Below, one piece after another: positions 23,768-32,284 of a DNA stretch of 33,362 nt. Both the position numbers and the translations under genes were made by a program. Numbering within the stretch: position 1 is the stretch's first letter; every line of letters starts with the position of its first letter. Origin of the DNA: a virus; the IMG/VR virus record IMGVR_UViG_3300010345_001206, one strand, 5' to 3'. The notes under the pieces are model-generated. The model saw only the letters and a program-made list of their open reading frames with translations. It did no database searches and was not told the origin of the DNA.

Positions 23768-24939
23768 TAAAATAAAGATTTAGCATAAATAAGGTTTCCT
23801 GGGACTGGACTATATCCAAGGGCTTCAATAAATCTATTAAATGGTTCCACAATAACCTTTTCAAACTGTTCATCATGATTTACTTCTGGTGCAAATTCGT
23901 GGGGATAACTCCCAGGCAAAAAACCAAATATTTGATCTTCGGATTTGCAATAATAAAATTTTATCTTATCCCCAGTTTTGATAAGGCTATATTTGCTTCT
24001 CCATTTAGAATTCTGAAGTTTGTGATTATAAACAGCTGCCGCTCTAACATTAATAGGACATTTTTCAGCCAATACAATCTTCTTTTTATCTTCCAAACAA
24101 TATTTTTCATATTCTCCAATTGACATAGATTTTGAAATATCATCGGGATTTTGAAGGATAAACTGCTGTTTATATTCTTTCAATTTCTTAACAGCATCGC
24201 TATAATTTAACGCTTTTCCATTTTGGAAAATATACTTGGTTAACTCTTTAAGAACTTTTCTTGCAAATTTTGGAGTTGAACTTTGAACAATTTCTACACC
24301 TGTTGAAGCAATCTTTTCCTGAGCTTTATATTCTACGCCAGGATCCTTCCATGCTAAATCCAATACATATTTCTTTTTAGCCATCATTAAAGCCGAGTAA
24401 GAAATCTTTTCCAGATCCAAATTTTGAAGATCCGTAGTATTAAATTTCTTAGCATATTCTTCAAATCTTTGTTTAAAATATGAGTTTAAGCGAAGTTTTT
24501 TAAGATTAAGAATAAATTCAACCGGATTGCCTTGATAATCGCAGGATTTTAAAACCGGATCAAAAGTAACATAAGTTGAGTCCGTATCATTATAAATGAC
24601 TAAACTTTTTATCGTAATCGGACGAACTTGTTTTAATCCTAAAGCCTCATGAAGTTTCGTATCTTTATGCCACATATTGATGAAATAATCATCAATGATA
24701 TTATTAGCAAAGTGAATAATATCTTGACCTTGTAAAGTTACTGCTTCAGCAATATAAATATTATACCCGACAAAGAATGGAGATGCACAAGCACCATAAA
24801 TAGAGTTAATAAAAATTTTAATTGAGTGCTGAAGACCATTATATTCATCCACAATCGATTTAAGACGATCTATTTCATGTTTAAGATCTTCAAGAGAACA
24901 ATTATAAGGATCAATTTTGGATACTTTTAGTTCCACCAT
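23767..24939 (-). CDS. gp43: Family-B DNA polymerase, C-terminal part only (fingers, palm motif C, thumb)
   Basis: Motif B KIFINSIYG, motif C YNDTDS, KKKY, TGVEIVQSSTP. No exonuclease domain and no motif A. Confidence 0.9.
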   Translation of the reverse strand: MVELKVSKIDPYNCSLEDLKHEIDRLKSIVDEYNGLQHSIKIFINSIYGACASPFFVGYNIYIAEAVTLQGQDIIHFANNIIDDYFINMWHKDTKLHEALGLKQVRPITIKSLVIYNDTDSTYVTFDPVLKSCDYQGNPVEFILNLKKLRLNSYFKQRFEEYAKKFNTTDLQNLDLEKISYSALMMAKKKYVLDLAWKDPGVEYKAQEKIASTGVEIVQSSTPKFARKVLKELTKYIFQNGKALNYSDAVKKLKEYKQQFILQNPDDISKSMSIGEYEKYCLEDKKKIVLAEKCPINVRAAAVYNHKLQNSKWRSKYSLIKTGDKIKFYYCKSEDQIFGFLPGSYPHEFAPEVNHDEQFEKVIVEPFNRFIEALGYSPVPGNLIYAKSLF

Positions 24940-24979
24940 ATAACTTTTTATTGTTATATGCTGGGGGGATCTAATGGTT

Positions 24980-25186
24980 TTAATTTTTACAAACCATTAA
25001 CGGGCCTAAAGAAGAAGGTAATGCTTTAAATATTTTCCATTTAGCTAGAATAGCAGCTAATATTGCTACATGTTCTAGATAGAGAATTTCATCAAAGCAG
25101 GTAGAATGCTTATCATAGTAAATTCTAAAGACCTCAGTCATGCCCTCTAATTTTGAAGCTCTCGTATATTCTGATGGATCTTCCAT
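24980..25186 (-). CDS. Small hypothetical protein
   Basis: 68-aa ORF preceded by a TATATTAG promoter-like motif (25192-25199). Confidence 0.4.
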   Translation of the reverse strand: MEDPSEYTRASKLEGMTEVFRIYYDKHSTCFDEILYLEHVAILAAILAKWKIFKALPSSLGPLMVCKN

Positions 25187-25216
25187 AGGGGCTAATATAC
25201 AAAAAATTTCTTTACG

Positions 25217-25687
25217 TTATGTCTTTTTTCTTAAAATAATTCTCTTATCAAGGGGGCTCCAGATTTTTTTCCATTCGGGGAACTCCGGCAAGAGTTTATT
25301 AAGATAAGCCATATAAATTTTGTAACGTCTATCATCGCCTTTGAAATTGGCGGACGGATACATGTTTAATCCGTCCACCTCATTCTCTGATATAAATTCT
25401 TTAATTATTTCTATTACTGTTGAAAGTATCTTGAAAATCCTTCCTTTGTTTACTACTTTTGTATCTCCTTCTTCACCAGAAGTACTAAATTCCGTTTGAT
25501 AAATGTTCTTTTTTCTCCCGTGTATTTCCCCTAGATTAATAAACTTTACAGCATATTGATCTCCATCCTCAGTTTCGAAATAATAAAAGCAAGCTAATTT
25601 CTCGCATTTACCCTTTCTATAACTATAAGGCTGAACTAAAAAGGATCCAACTTCGTTTAGGGGATTTAGAGATTCTCGAACAATCAT
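25217..25687 (-). CDS. Hypothetical protein with MIVRESLNPLNE leader, candidate internal virion protein
   Basis: VRE and LNE sites; GAATAAATA at 25701-25709. Confidence 0.75.
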   Translation of the reverse strand: MIVRESLNPLNEVGSFLVQPYSYRKGKCEKLACFYYFETEDGDQYAVKFINLGEIHGRKKNIYQTEFSTSGEEGDTKVVNKGRIFKILSTVIEIIKEFISENEVDGLNMYPSANFKGDDRRYKIYMAYLNKLLPEFPEWKKIWSPLDKRIILRKKT

Positions 25688-25700
25688 TTTTTGTTTGTTT

Positions 25701-25709
25701 TATTTATTC
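25701..25709 (-). promoter_or_regulatory. Late-type promoter motif GAATAAATA
   Basis: 13 nt upstream of the ATG at 25687. Confidence 0.5.
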
Positions 25710-25718
25710 TCTTCTTCT

Positions 25719-26144
25719 TTAAGTAATTCTAGTAATTTGGGAAATCTTATCCAGATTACCTGTAAATGAAAACATATAGGGTTCCATTTTTTCCCATAAA
25801 GATCCTGGTAGATAACCTAAAGATTCTCCATTTATTGTCTGGAGTGATTTCACAAGAACCAATTTTTTAAATCTTGGTTCCGTTTTCATTAAGTGGAGAG
25901 CGGTTAACAAGCTCATATAGGTTTTTCCGGTTCCCGCCGGACCTGTTGAAATAACAACGTCCTTTTCCTCTATAGCTTGTTTTAAGTCTTTTTGCTTTTT
26001 GTTTTTACATTTAACTTCAATTTTTAAATCGTTTAGCCTAATTTTATCTGATTCGTAGAAGGATGCTTTTCTTTGTGATGAGATCTCTTCATATATGCTT
26101 ACATCCTCGATCTCCTCCGGGGTTAAATTCTTTTTCCTCGCCAA
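25719..26144 (-). pseudogene. phoH: Truncated PhoH-like ATPase (N-terminal half only)
   Basis: KCKNKKQ, Walker A GPAGTGKT, LGYLPG..EKMEPY. Stops at 141 aa with no RGR or DEAQN motifs. Confidence 0.75.
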
Positions 26145-26202
26145 AATACTTATTTTATTTTAAGGTTAAGGATCCTTTAGCTATATATTTCTTCTAGGAA
26201 CC

Positions 26203-26230
26203 AAAAAAACAGGGGCTAGAAAAGCCCCTG
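26203..26230 (-). terminator. Rho-independent terminator after the clamp gene
   Basis: 8-bp stem CAGGGGCT/AGCCCCTG, 5-nt loop, then seven T on the minus strand. Confidence 0.85.
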
Positions 26231-26247
26231 CAAAAATAATTCATCTA

Positions 26248-27042
26248 TCAAAAATCCGTGGAAGACTCATCATACTTTTCGTCCTTCTCAACCATAGAGG
26301 TCACGGTTATCGTTCGACTTTCCTTTGATTTAAAAACAATTCTATCGTCAGAAAGATCTACATCATAATTTTCCATATCCACCTTTTCAAATTGTTCTTT
26401 ATAGATAGATATTCCTGTATTTTTTGCTGCATCAGCTAATTTGAATTCAAAGGTCTTTCCCCTGGCCGTTAGTTTCCCTTCTTTGGTTTTAAAATCGATA
26501 AACTTGTATTCATTATCAAGATTACAAAGGGAGTTGATCTTTTCTATTTTAAGACTTGGTAATTCAAATGAAACTGCAGGAGTAATGCTGGCAATATTCG
26601 TTATAAACAGATTATCTGAAATGTATTTAAAAATATGGAGAGGAGTACAGTTTAAACTCATTTTAAGATTAGAATTCTTTATGAGAATATTTGTCCCCGC
26701 AAATCCTGCATTTTCTCCAACTATTTCTTCATATTTGAACCCGAAGTAGAATTCTTCAGAAACAAAATGTTCAAGGGATTTAATTAATCTTGGAATATGA
26801 TAAATACCAACTTTAACTCTTTCCTTAAGGGAAGGTTTACTTGTTAACTCTAATCCAGCATCTTCAAAAGATATTCTGGAGAATTTTACCACACTTTTTT
26901 CCGGATTATAGGTCTTTGCTAAGAATTCCTGAGCATTCTCATCGACTTCAAGAAGAAGAGAATTGTCAATCAAGGAAAATCTTTTTAGCCAAGAAGTAAA
27001 AGGCCTAATATTTTTAGCCTGAAACTCTAATACTTTTGCCAT
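26248..27042 (-). CDS. gp45: Sliding clamp (gp45-like)
   Basis: WLKRFSLIDNSLLLE and GIYHIPRLIKSL match gp45 patterns (LKNFS-IN-SI; -IYDL--FL); 264 aa; DYDV-L-SDDRI-F near the C-terminus. Confidence 0.7.
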   Translation of the reverse strand: MAKVLEFQAKNIRPFTSWLKRFSLIDNSLLLEVDENAQEFLAKTYNPEKSVVKFSRISFEDAGLELTSKPSLKERVKVGIYHIPRLIKSLEHFVSEEFYFGFKYEEIVGENAGFAGTNILIKNSNLKMSLNCTPLHIFKYISDNLFITNIASITPAVSFELPSLKIEKINSLCNLDNEYKFIDFKTKEGKLTARGKTFEFKLADAAKNTGISIYKEQFEKVDMENYDVDLSDDRIVFKSKESRTITVTSMVEKDEKYDESSTDF

Positions 27043-27103
27043 AGATATTTTTTTTTGTAACTATAATATTTTGTATGTTTTATGTAATAAAAGACAAGAA
27101 GTT

Positions 27104-27799
27104 TTAATCTTTTAAAAATTCTTCTAATGTTTCTGGTGCATAGTTTTCTTTAACTGGCTTTGGACTTAGGAATTCTCCTACTAGATCTGAATAAATAGAA
27201 TTTTCTAAAGCAGGATCCCAAATTTCATAATGTTCTTGCTCCATATATTTAGAGAAATCAGCTAGAATTTGTTCTTCGGCATTAGAATCATTTAAATCTA
27301 TTGTAGAATCTACATAATGTGAAAAGAATCCATTCTCTGGTAAATATTCATTAAAGAAAATATCTCTTATTTCATCTATATCCACATCAACTTCTGCGGA
27401 TTCATTTATTTCACTCTCGTTTTCTGTTTTAAGTTCCCTAGCTGCTAATATAGGATTTATGCCATGAGCTTCAGCGCTTTGAATAGTTTCCATGTTTTGA
27501 GGGTCATTTAAGATTAGATCGATTTCTTCTTCGCTATAACCCTCCTTAGAAAACCATCTCCATATAATATCTAAATAGAGATCTAATTTTTGACCCCAGG
27601 CTTCATTCACTTTTCTTTTTTTGTGCTTTCTTTTTGGGAGACCTTTATGCTTTGTTTTAGCAAATTTTTCAAGGTCTTCCATACTCATTTTAGCCATCTG
27701 CTTGGAAGCACCCCATAATTCTGATTTGGGCTTATTGCCTTTCTTTACTTGTAAGGCAATTGCAGCTGCTTGTTGCTGGGATTTACTTTTTGAAGGCAT
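27104..27799 (-). CDS. DUF3008-like N-terminal domain fused to an acidic region with VNE/INE sites
   Basis: MPSKSKSQQQAAAIALQVKKG..SEL-GAS-QM..MS-EDLEKFA-TKHKGLP matches DUF3008 as recalled; start ATG at 27799. Confidence 0.7.
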   Translation of the reverse strand: MPSKSKSQQQAAAIALQVKKGNKPKSELWGASKQMAKMSMEDLEKFAKTKHKGLPKRKHKKRKVNEAWGQKLDLYLDIIWRWFSKEGYSEEEIDLILNDPQNMETIQSAEAHGINPILAARELKTENESEINESAEVDVDIDEIRDIFFNEYLPENGFFSHYVDSTIDLNDSNAEEQILADFSKYMEQEHYEIWDPALENSIYSDLVGEFLSPKPVKENYAPETLEEFLKD

Positions 27800-27814
27800 A
27801 GCGAACAATAATTT

Positions 27815-27827
27815 TATTTATTTATTC
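27815..27827 (-). promoter_or_regulatory. Late-type promoter motif GAATAAATAAATA
   Basis: Overlaps the gp52 stop, upstream of the DUF3008-like gene. Confidence 0.45.
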
Positions 27828-29228
27828 GTCTTCGCCCTCCATTTTTTCGTCTTTATTATCAAATGGATCTTCCCCATTCCAAACCATGATACCATTGATT
27901 TCTTCAAGGTCCTCGGTATCGAATAGATTTACATCTGTTTTTTTAGAGCCAACTCCTCTTGCAATGGTAGGATCTATAGTTTTATCGAATAGGGCCTTTG
28001 CTTTAATAAGTTCTTTCTCCCTAAGTTTTAGTTCCTTCTCAAGTTCTTTTATCTTTTCCTTGGTTGCCACTAATTCATCCTTAGTAAACTTTTTAGAGGT
28101 AAGAAATTCCAGACGAGATTTAATATCAGAGGTAAATGGCTTAAGGAATTCGTCTATTTCCGTAACTGCTCTCTTCTTTAGTAAAATAAAATTAATGAAT
28201 TGTTCCTTAGCTTTATTAAATATAAGTTCTGCGGAAGTCCAATTTCTTTCCCATTCCTTATTTTTCCAGTCTAACCTTTTTAGTTGCCATTTATAATCAT
28301 CCAAATATTGTTCAACAGATTCATAAACTAAGACTTGGCCATCTTTTATAAATACAGGATTTTCGGTTACGATGATAGAAAAGGATTTCTCAACATAAGC
28401 TTGAATATCTTCCCATTCTTTCTGATTTTTACCAGTATAGATAATATCAATGTTTACCTTTGTGTTGGAATTATTAAGTACTTTAACAAGGCCTTCATAT
28501 CGGTTAAAAAGATAATCCAATCTTTTAAGAACACTAGTATAATTAAGAATTGGGGGAAGCTCCCTTATTTCCATCCGTTTTTCATTTACAGATATTTTTG
28601 AAGAGAGAATCCAAGCTCGATCTAAACCGCGATGTTTATGTATAGATCCCTTAAAATCCTTAAAATGCGGGGGAACTTTATCTCTTTTCCCCTCGAGATA
28701 TTCTTTTATATCAGAAAGTTTTCTTGGAAGAATAGTTGTTTTATATCCAACAGCTATACCTACAATAGAAGTTGTTAATCCCAGGGGAACTTCTAGCCAA
28801 AATGGATCATAAGGACCATCAGTTTCCCGAGTAGTAAGATGCTTATATTTCTTAAGTATCTCTGAAACTTCCTTCGATAATTTTATGGATGTATACCTTG
28901 CTGCTGCTGGTTCCGGACAAACTTCGCTTCCAAAGAATCCATATCCTTCCAATATTTGAAGAGAGGAGCCGAATGGCCTGGCGAGTTTTGAAATAGCTTT
29001 CCCTAAACTCATATCCCCATGATGGTATCCGTCTTTAATGCTATCCCCCACAACAGACAAAGTCTTTGTAAAATTCTGAGGAGAATTCATAAGAATATAC
29101 CTCTGAACTGGAGTTAAAGCATCATAGAAGGATGGGATTCCTCTGCTTGTTAGAACATACAACGAATATTCCCTGAATTTCTGATCGATAAATTTAGAAA
29201 TAGGGAGTTTAACTGTTTTAGACTTCAT
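27822..29228 (-). CDS. gp52: Type IIA topoisomerase breakage-reunion subunit (gp52/GyrA/ParC-like)
   Basis: RGIP..DALTPVQR; YHHGD; GYGFFG; AAARYT with the catalytic Tyr; GIAVGYKT. Confidence 0.93.
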   Translation of the reverse strand: MKSKTVKLPISKFIDQKFREYSLYVLTSRGIPSFYDALTPVQRYILMNSPQNFTKTLSVVGDSIKDGYHHGDMSLGKAISKLARPFGSSLQILEGYGFFGSEVCPEPAAARYTSIKLSKEVSEILKKYKHLTTRETDGPYDPFWLEVPLGLTTSIVGIAVGYKTTILPRKLSDIKEYLEGKRDKVPPHFKDFKGSIHKHRGLDRAWILSSKISVNEKRMEIRELPPILNYTSVLKRLDYLFNRYEGLVKVLNNSNTKVNIDIIYTGKNQKEWEDIQAYVEKSFSIIVTENPVFIKDGQVLVYESVEQYLDDYKWQLKRLDWKNKEWERNWTSAELIFNKAKEQFINFILLKKRAVTEIDEFLKPFTSDIKSRLEFLTSKKFTKDELVATKEKIKELEKELKLREKELIKAKALFDKTIDPTIARGVGSKKTDVNLFDTEDLEEINGIMVWNGEDPFDNKDEKMEGEDE

Positions 29229-29252
29229 TTAATATGTCTTTGATCTCTTTTA

Positions 29253-29393
29253 CTAATTTGTAAATTTCCCTTTTTCAGCAGCCATTTTATCTGCTGAGAG
29301 TTGAATAAAGACCAATTTATTACTTATTTGTCTCTTTTGTTCAGCTGAGAGAATGGAATTTTTCTCTTCTAACTGTGTTTTTATTTCTTCCAT
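29253..29393 (-). CDS. Possible 46-aa hypothetical protein
   Basis: MEEIKTQLEEKNS..., first ATG downstream of the TATATTTG promoter. Confidence 0.4.
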   Translation of the reverse strand: MEEIKTQLEEKNSILSAEQKRQISNKLVFIQLSADKMAAEKGKFTN

Positions 29394-29410
29394 ACTACTA
29401 TATTATTATA

Positions 29411-29442
29411 CAAATATACAAAAAAATCCCCAGATAAAAAAA
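29411..29442 (-). promoter_or_regulatory. Bacteroidota-type housekeeping promoter (-7 TAnnTTTG)
   Basis: Minus strand TTTTTTATCTGGGGATTTTTTTGTATATTTG, closely similar to the 22167-22198 motif. Confidence 0.65.
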
Positions 29443-29444
29443 TT

Positions 29445-30005
29445 TTATTGTTTAGATTTGTAAAGGACTTCATAATTTGGATCAAAAAGTAATTGAAAAA
29501 TATCAGTTTGATCTACATTTCCATAAAGATCTGGATTTAAATTCTTTCTCGCTTCCATTTCACTTTCATAGCAATATTCGAATTTATCTTGATCTTCTTT
29601 TCTTTTATTAAAGGTATTAATTCCGACATAAACTAAAAGAAGCCACTGGATAAAATTCCAAAACTGATACCCCAAACTAATAGTGTCCAAATGTAAACAA
29701 AAATTTGTTGTTTGTTTTACTTCTTTAGGTGTTAGGGGTTCTTTCCTTCTCATAATTGCAAAGTCAGCATAATTCCAAGGATAATGTGTTCTAAATAATC
29801 TAGGGTTATATCCATTATCGACGCTTTCGAATACATAAAGTTCTCCTGCAATCCAAACGCATCTGCCTGCATGACTATAAATAACACTGGTGTCATATCC
29901 TTTCTTTTTTCCCCAATGCTTCATTACTTTTTGAATAGTCCTGCTTAAAAAAGAATCATTATTTACCAATAAGGTATCTCCAGTTTTTACATCTTTAAGT
30001 TCCAT
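29445..30005 (-). CDS. Permuted papain-like (NlpC/P60, YiiX/YaeF-type) enzyme
   Basis: TGDTLLV, YSHAG (His before Cys), VFES, YQF, late Cys in EYCYE. Confidence 0.75.
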   Translation of the reverse strand: MELKDVKTGDTLLVNNDSFLSRTIQKVMKHWGKKKGYDTSVIYSHAGRCVWIAGELYVFESVDNGYNPRLFRTHYPWNYADFAIMRRKEPLTPKEVKQTTNFCLHLDTISLGYQFWNFIQWLLLVYVGINTFNKRKEDQDKFEYCYESEMEARKNLNPDLYGNVDQTDIFQLLFDPNYEVLYKSKQ

Positions 30006-30020
30006 ACCAAGTTTTTATTT

Positions 30021-30029
30021 TATTTATTC
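30021..30029 (-). promoter_or_regulatory. Late-type promoter motif GAATAAATA
   Basis: 15 nt upstream of the ATG at 30005. Confidence 0.45.
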
Positions 30030-30043
30030 TTGGCAATGAATTG

Positions 30044-30514
30044 TTAAAGTTGAGCTCCAGAGTAATTTTTTAGCCAATCAGGAATAGTATCTAAGAATTT
30101 TTCCATATCCTGATTAATTTCGTTTTGAAGTTTTTCTTCTTCAGCAAGCATGCTACCTGCACAAAGTTCGGAACCATAAATATCCCAAGCACTTTTATTA
30201 GTCTCTTTCATTTCTTGAAGAGCTTTTTTCTTTCGATCAATCTCCTGAAGAAGTTTTTCGGATTCCTTAAATTTATTGAAATCACTCCTTAAAGCAGTAA
30301 AATATCCGTCTGCCCAATGAACCCGAGCTCTCAAATCCTTGTGGGTAAACTCCTTGATAATTTTACCATTCTCGTCTGTTATGACACTTTCGTATCCTTT
30401 AAACCCTTCAACTTTATCTTCATAATCCTGAGTTTCAATGAATAGAGTGCAGGGAAATCCGTTTTCTTTTAAAAATGCTACCATATTATGATTCTTTGAG
30501 TTCCTCGTTTTCAA
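30044..30514 (-). CDS. Hypothetical protein
   Basis: 156-aa ORF in operon-like packing. Confidence 0.7.
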   Translation of the reverse strand: MKTRNSKNHNMVAFLKENGFPCTLFIETQDYEDKVEGFKGYESVITDENGKIIKEFTHKDLRARVHWADGYFTALRSDFNKFKESEKLLQEIDRKKKALQEMKETNKSAWDIYGSELCAGSMLAEEEKLQNEINQDMEKFLDTIPDWLKNYSGAQL

Positions 30515-30851
30515 GCATCATTGTTCCATTTGGGTGAACTGGATAAAATGTTATCGATACCCTATATTGCTTAAATTTTTTCATAAGTCTTTCAGCTAAA
30601 TCCTTAGCTTTATTCCTAATCTCCGATTGGCTTGCAGGGTATCTTGGATAATTTATAAAACCTATTACTAATCCCGGTTCTTCTCCATTTACATAAACGA
30701 AATGAGTTGGGGAAACAGAAACGCATTGTCCAACTTCAGTACAATAATGTTTAATCTCCTCAAGGACTTCTTTAGAAGTAAATAAATTTTCTGAATACCC
30801 TTCCCGAAGGCCTAACCAGATTTTAGCTTCGTAATTATCTACAATCCTCAT
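30486..30851 (-). CDS. Conserved-looking phage hypothetical protein
   Basis: GLREGY..CVSVSPTHFVY..EPG..GFINYPRYP..Q-RVSI pattern. Confidence 0.75.
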   Translation of the reverse strand: MRIVDNYEAKIWLGLREGYSENLFTSKEVLEEIKHYCTEVGQCVSVSPTHFVYVNGEEPGLVIGFINYPRYPASQSEIRNKAKDLAERLMKKFKQYRVSITFYPVHPNGTMMLENEELKES

Positions 30852-31216
30852 GGTTTTGAAATCTGCGGATCAAAAATTGAAGCCCATTCATCAAGCATCC
30901 TCGGATAACTTTTTCCGGGGCCGTATTCAACATTCTCTACAACGACAATTTTTCGTCCGTATGCAAAAGCTACACCCATATCAAAATGGGTTCCCTGAGA
31001 ATCCGGATTATAGAATATATGTACTTCGTGACACATTGCAATAGCCCTTGCATTCTGAGAACATATTTCATATCCTGAAGCCTGCTGATTAGTATCACGA
31101 TGGGGGAGATGAACTTGATTACCTTCGCTTTCCAGCTTAGCAACATAGTCTTCAAGCTTCTTCTTATATTCATCAGAAGCTCCTCTCACTGTGCAAATAA
31201 TAAAAATTCTTTTCAT
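30848..31216 (-). CDS. Atypical nucleoside 2-deoxyribosyltransferase-like protein
   Basis: VHLPHRD..AIAMCHEVHIFY..SQGTHFDMG..GRKIVVV; Asp where the family normally has the catalytic Glu. Confidence 0.7.
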   Translation of the reverse strand: MKRIFIICTVRGASDEYKKKLEDYVAKLESEGNQVHLPHRDTNQQASGYEICSQNARAIAMCHEVHIFYNPDSQGTHFDMGVAFAYGRKIVVVENVEYGPGKSYPRMLDEWASIFDPQISKP

Positions 31217-31632
31217 ATTGTGGATAATTGAAATGCGTTTATAAAGAAGGGTATTTCTTTTCTATCGCAAAAAAGAAAAAGATAATAATTTTTTTGATCT
31301 TCGGATTCAGAAAAACCAATTTCAAGAATATATTCTCCTTCTTGTGGTTTCCCGTCGGATTTTTTAAATCCTCTTCTATCAATAAAAACAAAATGAGAAT
31401 TATCTTTTAATTTCTCTAAAATAGTATCAAAAGACATATTGATTGGTTTTCTCGAAAAAGAAACCGCGGCATCTAATATATCTACGTGAAATCCTATTTT
31501 TCGTTCATAAGCCATTTTTAGTAGTCTTTTCTTTTGTTCAAGAGATAAATTTTGAACATTAAAAAAGACATCCGGCTCATATTCCGGAAGATCATTTACT
31601 AATCCTATCATTCCTGGTTTTGGATGGCTCAT
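31213..31632 (-). CDS. Hypothetical protein
   Basis: 139-aa ORF with ATGA coupling. Confidence 0.7.
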   Translation of the reverse strand: MSHPKPGMIGLVNDLPEYEPDVFFNVQNLSLEQKKRLLKMAYERKIGFHVDILDAAVSFSRKPINMSFDTILEKLKDNSHFVFIDRRGFKKSDGKPQEGEYILEIGFSESEDQKNYYLFLFCDRKEIPFFINAFQLSTI

Positions 31633-32284
31633 TTTTTCCCTTTTTATGCTCTTCGATTTTTTCTTTTATTTCTTCTTGCTGCTTCTGATTTTCATGCTCT
31701 TTTCTCTTTACCTCATCGTGTTTTTTCCTTTTCTCCTCTTTTTCTTTACGCTTAATTTCAATTTCTTTAAGTTTTCGAGGATTGACCATATAATGATTTT
31801 TAGCTTGAAGTTCTGTTCTAACTTTCATTAAAACCTTGCCGAGGAGATTTTGGCCTTTCCAATTACTTTCATCAAGGATAGCATCATCTTTTTCGTGTAT
31901 ACCAACCCCCCAAATAATATCCACGGGGCTTGCTTCAACAAGAGTTTTAGTATCAGTTTCCATTAATTGTTTGGTTAAAACCCGATCGCTTTCAAATTTA
32001 GCTTTAACAGCTGCATACATAGCATCAAATCTTGACGATGACCAAGCTTCTTCATTATACCCAGAAACCTCTCTTCCTAATTTTTTAGCTATGGCCGGAT
32101 TAGATCCTAATTTAACTATTTCTTTGGCCTTATCTTCATCACCAAAGAACTTAGCCTTAATATACATGAAAATTTGTTCGGAATTAGTAAATAATTCACC
32201 ATCATAATAAATTTTCAAGTTGCTTGGCGTCCAATTAGACATCCAATTGGTCCAAAAATAGATATGGGTTTCAGTTTCTCTCAT
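31592..32284 (-). CDS. NADAR (YbiA-like) N-glycosidase family protein with charged tail
   Basis: FW..SNW, SEQIFM..KA..FGD, KKLGREV, AKF, LVEASP-D-IWGVG, GQNLLGKVLMKVR. Start set at ATG 32284 (ATGA coupling). Confidence 0.92.
   Translation of the reverse strand: MRETETHIYFWTNWMSNWTPSNLKIYYDGELFTNSEQIFMYIKAKFFGDEDKAKEIVKLGSNPAIAKKLGREVSGYNEEAWSSSRFDAMYAAVKAKFESDRVLTKQLMETDTKTLVEASPVDIIWGVGIHEKDDAILDESNWKGQNLLGKVLMKVRTELQAKNHYMVNPRKLKEIEIKRKEKEEKRKKHDEVKRKEHENQKQQEEIKEKIEEHKKGKNEPSKTRNDRISK

Noticed and set aside
31592-31790. K/E-rich tail of NADAR as a separate functional domain
   Set aside because: Low-complexity charged sequence overlapping the next gene; no motif support.
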